Positions 1-8,388 of a stretch of DNA of 64,000 nucleotides are shown here, one piece after another (the first letter of the stretch is position 1; the number at the start of each line of letters is the position of its first letter). The position numbers and the translations under genes were made by a program. The stretch is from Candidatus Omnitrophota bacterium (GTDB lineage Bacteria; Omnitrophota; Gorgyraeia; Duberdicusellales; 4484-171), in the NCBI GenBank assembly GCA_018826075.1, contig JAHKAJ010000024.1:145694-209693 (forward strand), written 5' to 3'. The notes beneath the pieces are model-generated. The model searched no databases and was not told the origin of the DNA. It saw only the letters and a list, made by a program, of their open reading frames with translations.

Positions 1-70
1 GATCTTTAAGCTCGACAGCTACGATCGCCCCGACAATCATGAAAATCAATAAAAGATAAAGTTCCAGCAT
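1..70 (-). CDS. Small membrane subunit of the hydrogenase/Mrp complex (DUF4040/MbhD-like), 5' part only; runs off the window
   Basis: Hand translation from ATG at 70: MLELYLLLIFMIVGAIVAVELKD..., a hydrophobic helix. AGGTG SD-like sequence upstream; follows the MrpA/NuoL-like gene. Confidence 0.65.
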   Translation of the reverse strand, partial: MLELYLLLIFMIVGAIVAVELKD

Positions 71-90
71 TTCGAGCACCTTAATTTAAC

Positions 91-162
91 TATCCAGCGA
101 GATCCCGGCTACTGCCGGGATAATTCTATTTATTCAGCGAAATCCCGATTACTATCGGGATA
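91..162. repeat. Two tandem imperfect 32-bp repeats (40-bp period), each with an 8-bp hairpin
   Basis: tatccagcgagATCCCGGC-tact-GCCGGGATa (91-122) and tattcagcgaaATCCCGAT-tact-ATCGGGATa (131-162). Confidence 0.9.
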
Positions 163-174
163 CATTTTAATTGC

Positions 175-1833
175 CTATCGTAACAAAAGGTAAAAAAGTA
201 TACCCATACCTAAAAGACACCAGGCCAAATAAGTAGACAAAACTCCGTTGTGCAAATAACTTAGAGCGCGATTAAAACCAAAGGTGATCTTACTGCTCAC
301 TTCATAAATATCAAAGATTTTTTTCGCAGCTAACCGGTAAATAATTTTTAGAATGCCGATCTCCTGAACAGTATTGTAAAATTCTGTTCCCGAAATCCGC
401 ATCTGGGGATTATTTTTTAGGTCTTCACCGCCGATAAAAGGATCAGTTTGCCGCAGTTTAGCCACCCGGCCCAGAAAATAAATCAACAAACCGATTACTA
501 TGCTGATAATAAGTAAAATCGTTGCCAAACCGGCACTCCAAAATCCGAAAAATCGTATCGGTTCTAAAATAACCGGAAAGATAAAATGTTTAAGGGGAAC
601 CGCCAAAGCAAAAATTCCGAAAATTAAACATAAAAAGGCTAAAATGACTCCCGGCAGCCACATCAAAATCCCGACCTCCCGGTTTTCTTTCTTGGCCGCT
701 AATTTCCGACCTTGAGCCGGCTGGCCTAAAAATACCGCCTGCAGTAATTTCATAAAACTAGCTAAAGTCAAAGCACTGCCAAACATAGCTGAAATCAGCC
801 AAACTACCCAAAGCTTGCCGCCGGTTTTTGCAGTTTCCAGAATTCCCTGATAGACCATCCATTTAGAAACAAAACCATTAAATGGCGGTATTCCCGAAAT
901 AGCAAAGGCAGCAATTAAAAAAGTAACGAAAGTAACCGGCATGTATTTGGCTAATCCGCCCAACGAATCAAGGTTGGTGGTTTTAGCCTGCTTTTCAACT
1001 GACCCGGCCGAAAAAAACAGACAGGATTTATATATGGCGTGATTTAACATATGAAAAAGCCCGCCGGCAATACCGATGGGGTTGCCGGTGCCGATTCCCA
1101 AAACCATATAGCCGACCTGGCTCACGGCATGATAGCCAAGCAGCCTTTTAAAATCATGCTGGATGAGAGCCATCATCACTGCCGCTACAATAGTGAGACT
1201 GCCGATAAACATTAAAAAGGTATTCATCCCGGAATCAAGACGGAACATCTCCAGGGAAATCCGGGCTAAAAAATATATTCCCAAAAGTTTATCCAAAGAT
1301 GCCGGTAAATACGCTGTAACCGGTGCTGGTGAATCCTCAGCGGCATCAGGAACCCAGGTATGAAAAGGCATTGCTCCGGCTTTGGCAAAAGCTCCGGCTG
1401 CCAGGCAAAGATAAGCAATCACTGCCAGTTTAGAAGTCAAGGGTATCGAAATCAGATCCATTTCAAACAAACCGGTGAGTTTCCAGACAAGACTGATCCC
1501 TAAAAGCATTAAAACATCAGTTCCGCCGATTAAGATAAAAGCCTTCTTGGCCGTAGCCGGCGTATTCTCGTTTTTGCCAAAACCGATCAAAAGATACAGC
1601 AGCAGCCCTAAAAATCCCCAAAAAACCATAAATAAAATCAAGTTGTTGGCAAAAACTGCGCCTAAAGAAGCGATTAGAGTGAGGCCTATGTAGAGGTAGT
1701 ACTGAGGGGTCCTTTTTTCTGAACGCATATACCCCATAGAATAGACAGTCACCAGGATAGAAAAAAACCAGACGAATATCCCCACAAATATCGATAAATT
1801 GTCAAAACGGAAATATTCCTGAAACAAACTCAT
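175..1833 (-). CDS. Antiporter-like membrane subunit (MrpA/NuoL/HyfB family) of the hydrogenase complex
   Basis: 552 aa, many TM helices; motifs AKAGAMPFHTWVPDA, KRLLGYHAVSQVGY, FHMLNHAIYKS, ISGIPPFNGFVSKW. Confidence 0.9.
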   Translation of the reverse strand: MSLFQEYFRFDNLSIFVGIFVWFFSILVTVYSMGYMRSEKRTPQYYLYIGLTLIASLGAVFANNLILFMVFWGFLGLLLYLLIGFGKNENTPATAKKAFILIGGTDVLMLLGISLVWKLTGLFEMDLISIPLTSKLAVIAYLCLAAGAFAKAGAMPFHTWVPDAAEDSPAPVTAYLPASLDKLLGIYFLARISLEMFRLDSGMNTFLMFIGSLTIVAAVMMALIQHDFKRLLGYHAVSQVGYMVLGIGTGNPIGIAGGLFHMLNHAIYKSCLFFSAGSVEKQAKTTNLDSLGGLAKYMPVTFVTFLIAAFAISGIPPFNGFVSKWMVYQGILETAKTGGKLWVVWLISAMFGSALTLASFMKLLQAVFLGQPAQGRKLAAKKENREVGILMWLPGVILAFLCLIFGIFALAVPLKHFIFPVILEPIRFFGFWSAGLATILLIISIVIGLLIYFLGRVAKLRQTDPFIGGEDLKNNPQMRISGTEFYNTVQEIGILKIIYRLAAKKIFDIYEVSSKITFGFNRALSYLHNGVLSTYLAWCLLGMGILFYLLLR

Positions 1834-3041
1834 TTTATACCTTTTGTACGGGCGGCAAATTTGCCGCCCCTACTTTTAATTTTCTCGGTTTTAGCTTGTG
1901 AGAGCCTAACTAAATCCTCACCATTATAAAGTTTTTTACCCTTTTGATTAACCACAGCCATTCTTTCAGTACAACAGTAACAAGGATCGATTGCCGCCAG
2001 GATTATAGTTGCATCGGAAATCGTCTCGCCGACCACAGTCGCTTTATAGGTCGGCAGATTCATAAAAGTTGGGGCTCGTATTTTATGGCGGGCCGGGCGG
2101 TTAGTCCCGTCGCTTTTTACATAGTGAAAACATTCACCCCTTGGCGCTTCGATCTGGCCGATACCTTCTCCGGGAGGTATGTTTTTAATATTAGCGTCGA
2201 TTTCAGTATCCGGCAAGCTTAAAAGACAGCGCTTAACCATGTCTATCGATTGAAAAGTCTCTAAAATCCTTACTACCGCCTTGTCGAAAACATCTCCGTT
2301 GTCAGTGACAATGATATCCCAATTTAAACGGTCATAGGCTCCGTAAGGGCAATCTTTCCTCAAATCCCTGGCGATCCCCGAAGCTCTAGCAGTAGGCCCT
2401 AAGGCACAAAAATTAATTGCCTCCTCTTTAGTTAAAACCCCTACTCCTTTTGTCCGGGCATGCAAAACCGGGTCATCAATGACTGCTTTTTTAAGCATTT
2501 CTAAAGTCGGGATGATTGAATCGATTTTTTTAATCACCCCTGGAATATCTTCTTTCTTGATATCCCGCCTGACGCCACCGGGTTTAAACATGGCGTAATT
2601 ATTCCGATTACCGGAAAGTATTTCCATCACATCAAGTATTTCTTCGCGCAATTTCCAAGCCCACATGTAAACTGTATTGTAACCGAGAAAATGCCCGGCT
2701 AAACCCAACCAGAGAAGGTGCGAATGAATGCGTTCGCCTTCAGCAATAATCGTGCGGATGTATTTGGCTCGCAACGGCACTTCTAAACCGATCACATCTT
2801 CAATTGCCCGGGTGTAAGCATAAGGATGGCTGGTTGAACAGATACCGCAAATTCTTTCTACGGCAAAGGTAGACTGGTCAAAAGTTTTTCGTTCAGAAAG
2901 TTTTTCAATACCCCGGTGGTTATAACCGATTTGGACATCAATATCGATCACAGTCTCCCCGTCAACCGTCAGGGTAAAAAATTCCGGTTCCTCCTGTAAA
3001 GGATGATACGGGCCAATCGGCACTATGGTTCGTTTTCCCAT
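1830..3041 (-). CDS. Group 4 [NiFe]-hydrogenase large subunit (MbhL/HycE-like)
   Basis: N-terminal PIGPYHP, GYNHRGIEK, L1 motif ERICGIC, EAPRGE, and L2 motif DPCYCCTER followed by a C-terminal extension. Start moved to ATG 3041 (TAATG overlap with the upstream gene). Confidence 0.92.
   Translation of the reverse strand: MGKRTIVPIGPYHPLQEEPEFFTLTVDGETVIDIDVQIGYNHRGIEKLSERKTFDQSTFAVERICGICSTSHPYAYTRAIEDVIGLEVPLRAKYIRTIIAEGERIHSHLLWLGLAGHFLGYNTVYMWAWKLREEILDVMEILSGNRNNYAMFKPGGVRRDIKKEDIPGVIKKIDSIIPTLEMLKKAVIDDPVLHARTKGVGVLTKEEAINFCALGPTARASGIARDLRKDCPYGAYDRLNWDIIVTDNGDVFDKAVVRILETFQSIDMVKRCLLSLPDTEIDANIKNIPPGEGIGQIEAPRGECFHYVKSDGTNRPARHKIRAPTFMNLPTYKATVVGETISDATIILAAIDPCYCCTERMAVVNQKGKKLYNGEDLVRLSQAKTEKIKSRGGKFAARTKGIK
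1846..1873. repeat. GTAG-type REP-like palindrome, copy 1 (inside CDS)
   Basis: Minus strand GTAGGGGCG-GCAAATTTGC-CGCCCGTAC. Confidence 0.85.
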
Positions 3042-3514
3042 TATAAACCTCGATCCCGAATTGAAGAATCGTCCCACTCTTTATAGTCACGTCTCAACGG
3101 ATAAACCCCTTGCGGCCATTCATCAGGCAAAAGCAGCCGCTTTAACTCCGGATGGCCTTTGAAGTTTACCCCCAGCATTTCGCAGATTTCCCGTTCTATC
3201 CAGTTAGCTCCTTCGAATATCGGAGCTAAAGAATCTATCTCTAATTTGTTCTTTAAAAGTTTTACCCGAAATGAAATCAGGAAATTGATTTCATCAAAAG
3301 TGAAATGATAAAGAATCTCTATGTGCTTATGGGTATCCAGGCCGCTGGCAATATTAAACCGGGCACCCAGATTTTTAAAAACATAGGTAGCAATAACCAC
3401 TAAAGCCTGGGGTTTGATCTCGATGTAGACCCGCTTGGGAGATTTATCAAAAACTTCCAGAATCTCCCCCTTAAAACGTTCACCTATATCTTTTAAAATA
3501 TCGCTTCGATTCAT
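3041..3514 (-). CDS. NuoC/MbhK-like 30-kDa subunit
   Basis: EILYHF, ANWIEREICEMLGVNFKGHP, LLLPDEWP..YPLRRD. Confidence 0.9.
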   Translation of the reverse strand: MNRSDILKDIGERFKGEILEVFDKSPKRVYIEIKPQALVVIATYVFKNLGARFNIASGLDTHKHIEILYHFTFDEINFLISFRVKLLKNKLEIDSLAPIFEGANWIEREICEMLGVNFKGHPELKRLLLPDEWPQGVYPLRRDYKEWDDSSIRDRGL

Positions 3515-3945
3515 TTTTTTTCTGGTTTAGCACTAAGTTTTTCTATTAATTTTACCACTCCGGCGATAATTGCTTCCGGCTTAGGCGGACAGCCTGGAAT
3601 ATATACGTCTACCGGAATAATCTTATCGACCGGCAAAGGGCAGTTATAACTGTGGATAAACATACCTCTGGATAAAGAGCATTCGCCGATCGCCACCACC
3701 ACACAAGGTTTTGGCATCTGTTGGTAAACCTGTTTGATCCGGGGAATGCATTTGCGATTAGCTGAACCGGTGACTAAAAGCACATCGGCATGCCGTATAC
3801 TGCCGGCTAAAAGCATGCCGAATCTTTCCACATCAAACCGGGGAGTCAAACAATCAAGTATCTCAATATCGCAATTATTACAACTTCCGGTAGAAAGATG
3901 AAATACCCAGGGTGACTTTAAAAGTGCTTTTAAGGTTATACTCAT
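3511..3945 (-). CDS. Hydrogenase small subunit (MbhJ/HycG/NuoB family)
   Basis: GSCNNCDIE (CxxC hydrogenase type, not the CC of NuoB), RHADVLLVTG, AIGEC, DVYIPGCPPKP. Confidence 0.92.
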   Translation of the reverse strand: MSITLKALLKSPWVFHLSTGSCNNCDIEILDCLTPRFDVERFGMLLAGSIRHADVLLVTGSANRKCIPRIKQVYQQMPKPCVVVAIGECSLSRGMFIHSYNCPLPVDKIIPVDVYIPGCPPKPEAIIAGVVKLIEKLSAKPEKK

Positions 3946-4865
3946 AATCCTTTAAGAGCCAGGAAAACCGCCATCATGGCCAGTATGGTCATCGGCCCCC
4001 AGAAAAATCGCATCGCCTGGTCGATCCTAACCCGGGGGTTAGTGTTGCGAATAACCGTTATTAAAGCTACCAATCCCAAATATTTTAATATTCCGTTTAT
4101 CCAGTGGGCCCCGCTCAGGCGAAAACCACCCATAAAGAGAATCATTATAAAGAAAGGCAGGACAAACAACAACATATTTTTCATCAGTTTATATACCGCT
4201 AAAGGGGTACCGGAATATTCGATCAGTGGCCCGCCGACGATTTCGGTCTCGGCTTCCGGAATATCAAAAGGAACCAAAGCTAACTTTGCCTGAACGCACA
4301 TCAGGATAACCAAAAAAGCCAAAAAACCCGACCAACTTCCTAAAATTACGCCGTTCTGAACCTGATAAGTCAAGATCTCGCCTAGGCGCAGAGTAAACCC
4401 ACCTTGAATAACCGGAACTAAAATAGCCAGTAAAAACGGTAATTCATAACTTAGCACCAGTTTCATCTCCCGTGATGAACCGATACTAGCCAGGGGGTTT
4501 GCCGAGGCAAATCCGCCGATAATTATACTTAAGGAAGGTAAGACTAAAAGATAAACTACCACTATGATATCCCCGATAAAGGTCCTCTGAGGATTAAGAC
4601 AGTTAAACCAGAGTATCGTCGAAACCAAAATAACACTGCCTAAACCCAAAAGCGGCGCCGCTAAAAAACTAAACTTTGAAGCTCCCTTAGGAACCATAGT
4701 TTCTTTACCGAGCAGTTTAACTAAATCGATCAACGGTTGTAAAACCGGCGGGCCAACCCGGTATTGAACCCGGGCAGTGACCTTACGGTCAACCCAGCTG
4801 GCGAAAAGCCCGATTAACGCCGTTAAAAAAAATCCGAAAATAATCAGATAAATTAAATAAATCAT
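3942..4865 (-). CDS. NuoH/HycD/MbhM-like membrane subunit
   Basis: DRKVTARVQYRVGPP, QPLIDLVKLLGKE, PFDIPEAETEIVGGPLIEYSG, PRVRIDQ. Confidence 0.92.
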   Translation of the reverse strand: MIYLIYLIIFGFFLTALIGLFASWVDRKVTARVQYRVGPPVLQPLIDLVKLLGKETMVPKGASKFSFLAAPLLGLGSVILVSTILWFNCLNPQRTFIGDIIVVVYLLVLPSLSIIIGGFASANPLASIGSSREMKLVLSYELPFLLAILVPVIQGGFTLRLGEILTYQVQNGVILGSWSGFLAFLVILMCVQAKLALVPFDIPEAETEIVGGPLIEYSGTPLAVYKLMKNMLLFVLPFFIMILFMGGFRLSGAHWINGILKYLGLVALITVIRNTNPRVRIDQAMRFFWGPMTILAMMAVFLALKGL

Positions 4866-4872
4866 TTATCGC

Positions 4873-5391
4873 TTAAGCCTTTTGGCGAACCCAATGAGTA
4901 GAATGAACTACCAGGTTATCGCCGACTAAAAAAGTATTTTCATTAAGTTCAACATCCGGACCAACCAGCTTCAATGCCCCGTGAGAGCAGGACTTTATAC
5001 AAAGCGGTTCAGTCGCTTCATTACGCCGATTGAGACAAAAATCACAGTTATGGTTAAGGTAAGGAACATGTTCCGGATAAATAGCCCCGTAAGGACAGGC
5101 ATAGGAACAGGATTTACAACTCACGCAGCGCATGTTATGTCTGGTCAATAGCTTATCGTTCTCCTTTTGCTGTTCCAAGGCCTCGTAGGGGCAAGAATTA
5201 ACGCAATGCGGCTCATCGCAGCGGCGGCAGACTAAAGCATAGGTTGCCAGCTCGACCACCGAGATTATACCGTTGTTGATCGGCTCCTGGCTGTGATAAA
5301 AATAACTGCATTGGATATCGCAGTCCTGGCATTTTCCGGCGGCGCAGATATCCAAATCCACAAACAGGCGTTTATCTTTAGTCGAATCCAT
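4873..5391 (-). CDS. Multi-[4Fe-4S] electron-transfer protein (HycB/DmsB/CooF-like)
   Basis: Cys clusters CAAGKCQDCDIQC, CRRCDEPHCVNSCP, CVSCKSCSYACP, CDFC...CIKSC. Confidence 0.85.
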   Translation of the reverse strand: MDSTKDKRLFVDLDICAAGKCQDCDIQCSYFYHSQEPINNGIISVVELATYALVCRRCDEPHCVNSCPYEALEQQKENDKLLTRHNMRCVSCKSCSYACPYGAIYPEHVPYLNHNCDFCLNRRNEATEPLCIKSCSHGALKLVGPDVELNENTFLVGDNLVVHSTHWVRQKA

Positions 5392-5394
5392 AAA

Positions 5395-6219
5395 TCAATC
5401 CCAAATACTAGGAAAATTTTTTATTTTGTCATAGGTAAATACCGGACCATCTTTACAGGCATAATAAGTTCCCAGCCGACAATGCCCGCATTTACCGATT
5501 CCACAAGACATGTTTTTTTCCATCGAAAGATAAATATTTTTTTCTTTAAATCCCAATTCCAGCAGTTTTTTAGTTGAAAATTTCATAGCGATCGGCGGGC
5601 CGCAGACAACCGCGATAGCCCTGGGGTAATCCATATCTAAATCATCCAGGATCGTAGTGACTACGCCTACGTTACCCTTCCAGGTGGGATCACCCTTATC
5701 CACAGTAAGCCTTAAGTTTAAATCATCTCTTTTGGCCCAGCCGTCTATTTCATTTCGGTACAATAATTCCTGGGGGTTTTTGCAGCCGCCGCGAAAGGAT
5801 AATTTTTTAAACTCACCGCTGCGAGAAAAAAATTCATACATCAAACTGCGCAACGGCGCCAGGCCGCAGCCGCCGCCGACCACAGCGATCTCTTTGCCTT
5901 TGAACTCGTCTATCGGGTAACCAGCGCCAAAAGGGCCCCTTACGCCGATAGTGTCGCCTTTTTTCAGCTCATGGATCCGGGCGGTGACTTTACCTACTTT
6001 CATCACCGTCACTTCCATTTCCTCGCGCAAAGAAGGCCGTGAAGACGGCGTAAACGGAGCCTCACCGACCCCGGGAACAGTCACCTCGATGAATTGGCCG
6101 GTTTTAAAACCAAACGGTTCGGCCGGCCGAAAACGAATAGTCTTGATAGTCGGGGTTTCGGTTATTGCCTCTAAAACTTTTGCTTCGATCGAACGGTAAG
6201 GATTATCGACTTTTTGCAT
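5395..6219 (-). CDS. FAD/NAD(P)-binding [2Fe-2S] oxidoreductase (sulfhydrogenase gamma HydG / AsrB / PyrK family)
   Basis: FKTGQF, EAPFT, VRGPFG, VGGGCGLAP, VCGPP, MSCGIGKCGHC...CKDGPVF. Confidence 0.9.
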   Translation of the reverse strand: MQKVDNPYRSIEAKVLEAITETPTIKTIRFRPAEPFGFKTGQFIEVTVPGVGEAPFTPSSRPSLREEMEVTVMKVGKVTARIHELKKGDTIGVRGPFGAGYPIDEFKGKEIAVVGGGCGLAPLRSLMYEFFSRSGEFKKLSFRGGCKNPQELLYRNEIDGWAKRDDLNLRLTVDKGDPTWKGNVGVVTTILDDLDMDYPRAIAVVCGPPIAMKFSTKKLLELGFKEKNIYLSMEKNMSCGIGKCGHCRLGTYYACKDGPVFTYDKIKNFPSIWD

Positions 6220-7237
6220 TGTCTACTAATTTTTTTAAAACTTTTCTAATATCAATCTTAGCCGGACAGGCTGATATACAACGGCCACATCCAGTGCAGG
6301 CAAATTCAGCTGCTACTTTGGGAAAAAAATCAAACTTTTTCTCAAAACGATTGCGCAGGCGCATCCAAAGTTTTTCGCGGGGATTAGCTCCGCCGGCAAC
6401 CCGGGCGAAATCTTTGATCATACAAGAATCCCAGATTCTTAAACGTTCCATTTGAGCATCGTTTTGCTGGTCATACAAAAGAAAACAATGGCAAGTAGGA
6501 CAAATCGTATTACAAGCCCCGCACTCAACACAAGCCTCAGCTTCCTCACTCCAGATCTCGCTCTCAAAGCCTTTTTCAACTACCCCTTTAAAAGACTCCT
6601 GGTTGGACAGGCCATTGCTTTTTACCTGAACCTCTACCTCACGGAATATTTTTTCCCGTCTGCGGTTACGGGTAGACATCAGGTCTTCCCGGGGCTGACG
6701 GAAAAACAAAGTATATTTTTCCACGATCCTCTTGCCTTTGCTCGAGCCGATCTCCACTAAATACCCCTCATCTACCGAAGAAAGGTTAAGGTCAAAATTC
6801 ATCTGGGGATAAGGTTTTAAACCCAAAGCAGTACAAAAACAACTCTCGATCACTGAAGTACAATCAGCCGAAATGACTAGGTTAGCCTCACGCAGCTTAA
6901 GATAGAACGGATCTTGATAATCATGGTTACTAAAAACATAGTCCTGAATCTTAAAACCTTTTAGATCACAGGCTTTTACCCCGACGATGGCAAAAGGTCT
7001 TTCAAGCCTTTGGGGGATTTTTTGGCTAAAGCCGGAAGCTACCCGTTCGCGGGCTCTAAAGAAAAAAGACTTTAACGGTTCAAAAGCCCGGACTTCTCCC
7101 ACCAGATAGTCAGCGCCGGCAGCAGTAAACTTCTGGTAAAAACGCTGCTGACCCTTTTTCACCGGGACAAAAACTTCGTAATCTTTCTTTAAACTTACTA
7201 AAAATTTTGAAAAATTTTCCGAAGAGATGTAATACAT
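6203..7237 (-). CDS. 4Fe-4S dicluster protein (sulfhydrogenase beta HydB / AsrA family)
   Basis: GVKACDL, ADCT..ESCFC, CVECGACNTICPTCHC, WDSC, CTGCGRCISACP. Confidence 0.88.
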   Translation of the reverse strand: MYYISSENFSKFLVSLKKDYEVFVPVKKGQQRFYQKFTAAGADYLVGEVRAFEPLKSFFFRARERVASGFSQKIPQRLERPFAIVGVKACDLKGFKIQDYVFSNHDYQDPFYLKLREANLVISADCTSVIESCFCTALGLKPYPQMNFDLNLSSVDEGYLVEIGSSKGKRIVEKYTLFFRQPREDLMSTRNRRREKIFREVEVQVKSNGLSNQESFKGVVEKGFESEIWSEEAEACVECGACNTICPTCHCFLLYDQQNDAQMERLRIWDSCMIKDFARVAGGANPREKLWMRLRNRFEKKFDFFPKVAAEFACTGCGRCISACPAKIDIRKVLKKLVDNAKSR

Positions 7238-7279
7238 ACCGGTTTTTATTTTCAGCGTATTTTTTCGGTTATCAGCTTA

Positions 7280-7301
7280 CTTTGTGAATAAAATCACAAA
7301 G
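7280..7301. promoter_or_regulatory. Palindromic operator, Rex-type (TTGTGAA-N4-TTCACAA); also fits CRP/FNR TGTGA-N6-TCACA
   Basis: CTTTGTGA-ATAAAA-TCACAAAG (8-bp perfect arms), lying between the -10 box and the first gene of the hydrogenase operon. Confidence 0.7.
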
Positions 7302-7314
7302 CAAATTAGAGGCT

Positions 7315-7343
7315 AAATTAACATAAATGCCCCTGGTTGTCAA
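7315..7343 (-). promoter_or_regulatory. sigma70 promoter of the hydrogenase operon
   Basis: Minus strand TTGACA-17 nt-TAATTT, with extended -10 TG. Confidence 0.75.
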
Positions 7344-7353
7344 GAATAATTAT

Positions 7354-8388
7354 TCAGGTTTTGGCTAAAAGCAAAAAGGCTTTTTCGGCCACCTGTTCAG
7401 GGGTGATGTTTTGCAAGCAAAGAAAACCTTTTTGACAATTATGGGCAAGACAAACCAAACATCCGGCGTCCCCGTGCAGATAAACCGACGACTTGCCTTG
7501 AGGCATCCAGCGTAACGGCGAAAGACCGGGATCTTTACGCCCAAAAATCGAGATTACCGGCACATTCAAGCTGGCAGCAATATGTACTGGTCCAGAATCG
7601 TTAGAAATAAACAGGGCCGCCCGCTTAAACAAAGCTCCCAGCTCAGGGATATTGAGTTTTCCCCGAAAATCAATAATTTCATTCTCCTTTACCAACCGGT
7701 CAGCAAACCCGCTCTCTTCCTTAGAAGTGACCGCGATCATCGGTAAATCGACCTTTGCTTTAAGGATCTTAACCAACTCCGAAAAATAGTTTTCCGGCCA
7801 GCGTTTCGAAGGGCAAGACGCTGAAGGATGAATAACTATAAATCTAGTATTTTTAGCTATTCCAGCCTGATTAAGCCTTTCATCCACCCCTGTTTGGGCC
7901 TGGGAAGAAACCGGAAAATAAATCTTTTTATCCTCGACTGGTATATTTAAATAGCGCAAAATATCTAAATTATATTCCAACTCATGTTTCTTGCCTTCCT
8001 GTTTGCGATGGGGTATTCGGTCAGTAAGCAGCCAACCCATTTTTTTTATCCAGCCTACCCTTCTGGGTATTCCGGCTAAAAACACAATCAAATGTGCTCG
8101 GTCAGTCGGATGAAGAACAATAGCTAAGTCAAATTTTTTGGTTTTTAAAGCCGCGGCGAATCTTAAAATCCCCCAAAGGCCTTTTTCCCGGATCTGCTTA
8201 TCGCAAACAATGACCTCATCCAAATAAGGATTACCTAAAAGAACATCCTTGGTATAAGGCCGGCAGATAAAAGCGATATGGGCTTTAGGATAAGCCAGCC
8301 GTAAATTTTTTATCACCGGAGTAGAAAGAATAACATCTCCTAAACGGTCAGTCCTGACAATCAATATCCGTTTAAACTGGTTATTCAT
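7354..8388 (-). CDS. GT9 LPS heptosyltransferase
   Basis: RILIVRTDRLGDVILSTP, HPSASCPSKRWP, ISNDSGPVHIAA; ATG 8388 preferred to TTG 8400. Confidence 0.88.
   Translation of the reverse strand: MNNQFKRILIVRTDRLGDVILSTPVIKNLRLAYPKAHIAFICRPYTKDVLLGNPYLDEVIVCDKQIREKGLWGILRFAAALKTKKFDLAIVLHPTDRAHLIVFLAGIPRRVGWIKKMGWLLTDRIPHRKQEGKKHELEYNLDILRYLNIPVEDKKIYFPVSSQAQTGVDERLNQAGIAKNTRFIVIHPSASCPSKRWPENYFSELVKILKAKVDLPMIAVTSKEESGFADRLVKENEIIDFRGKLNIPELGALFKRAALFISNDSGPVHIAASLNVPVISIFGRKDPGLSPLRWMPQGKSSVYLHGDAGCLVCLAHNCQKGFLCLQNITPEQVAEKAFLLLAKT

Noticed and set aside
91-162. Possible mini-CRISPR array
   Set aside because: Only two units with 8 nt between them, no spacer-length unique sequence, and no cas genes.
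175-4865. Respiratory complex I (nuo) or Ni-free Mbx/Ehr assignment
   Set aside because: The large subunit keeps both CxxC Ni-ligand motifs plus a cleavable-type tail, and the small subunit has CxxC rather than CC.
5395-7237. Anaerobic sulfite reductase AsrAB
   Set aside because: No AsrC (siroheme) gene follows; the context is a hydrogenase operon.
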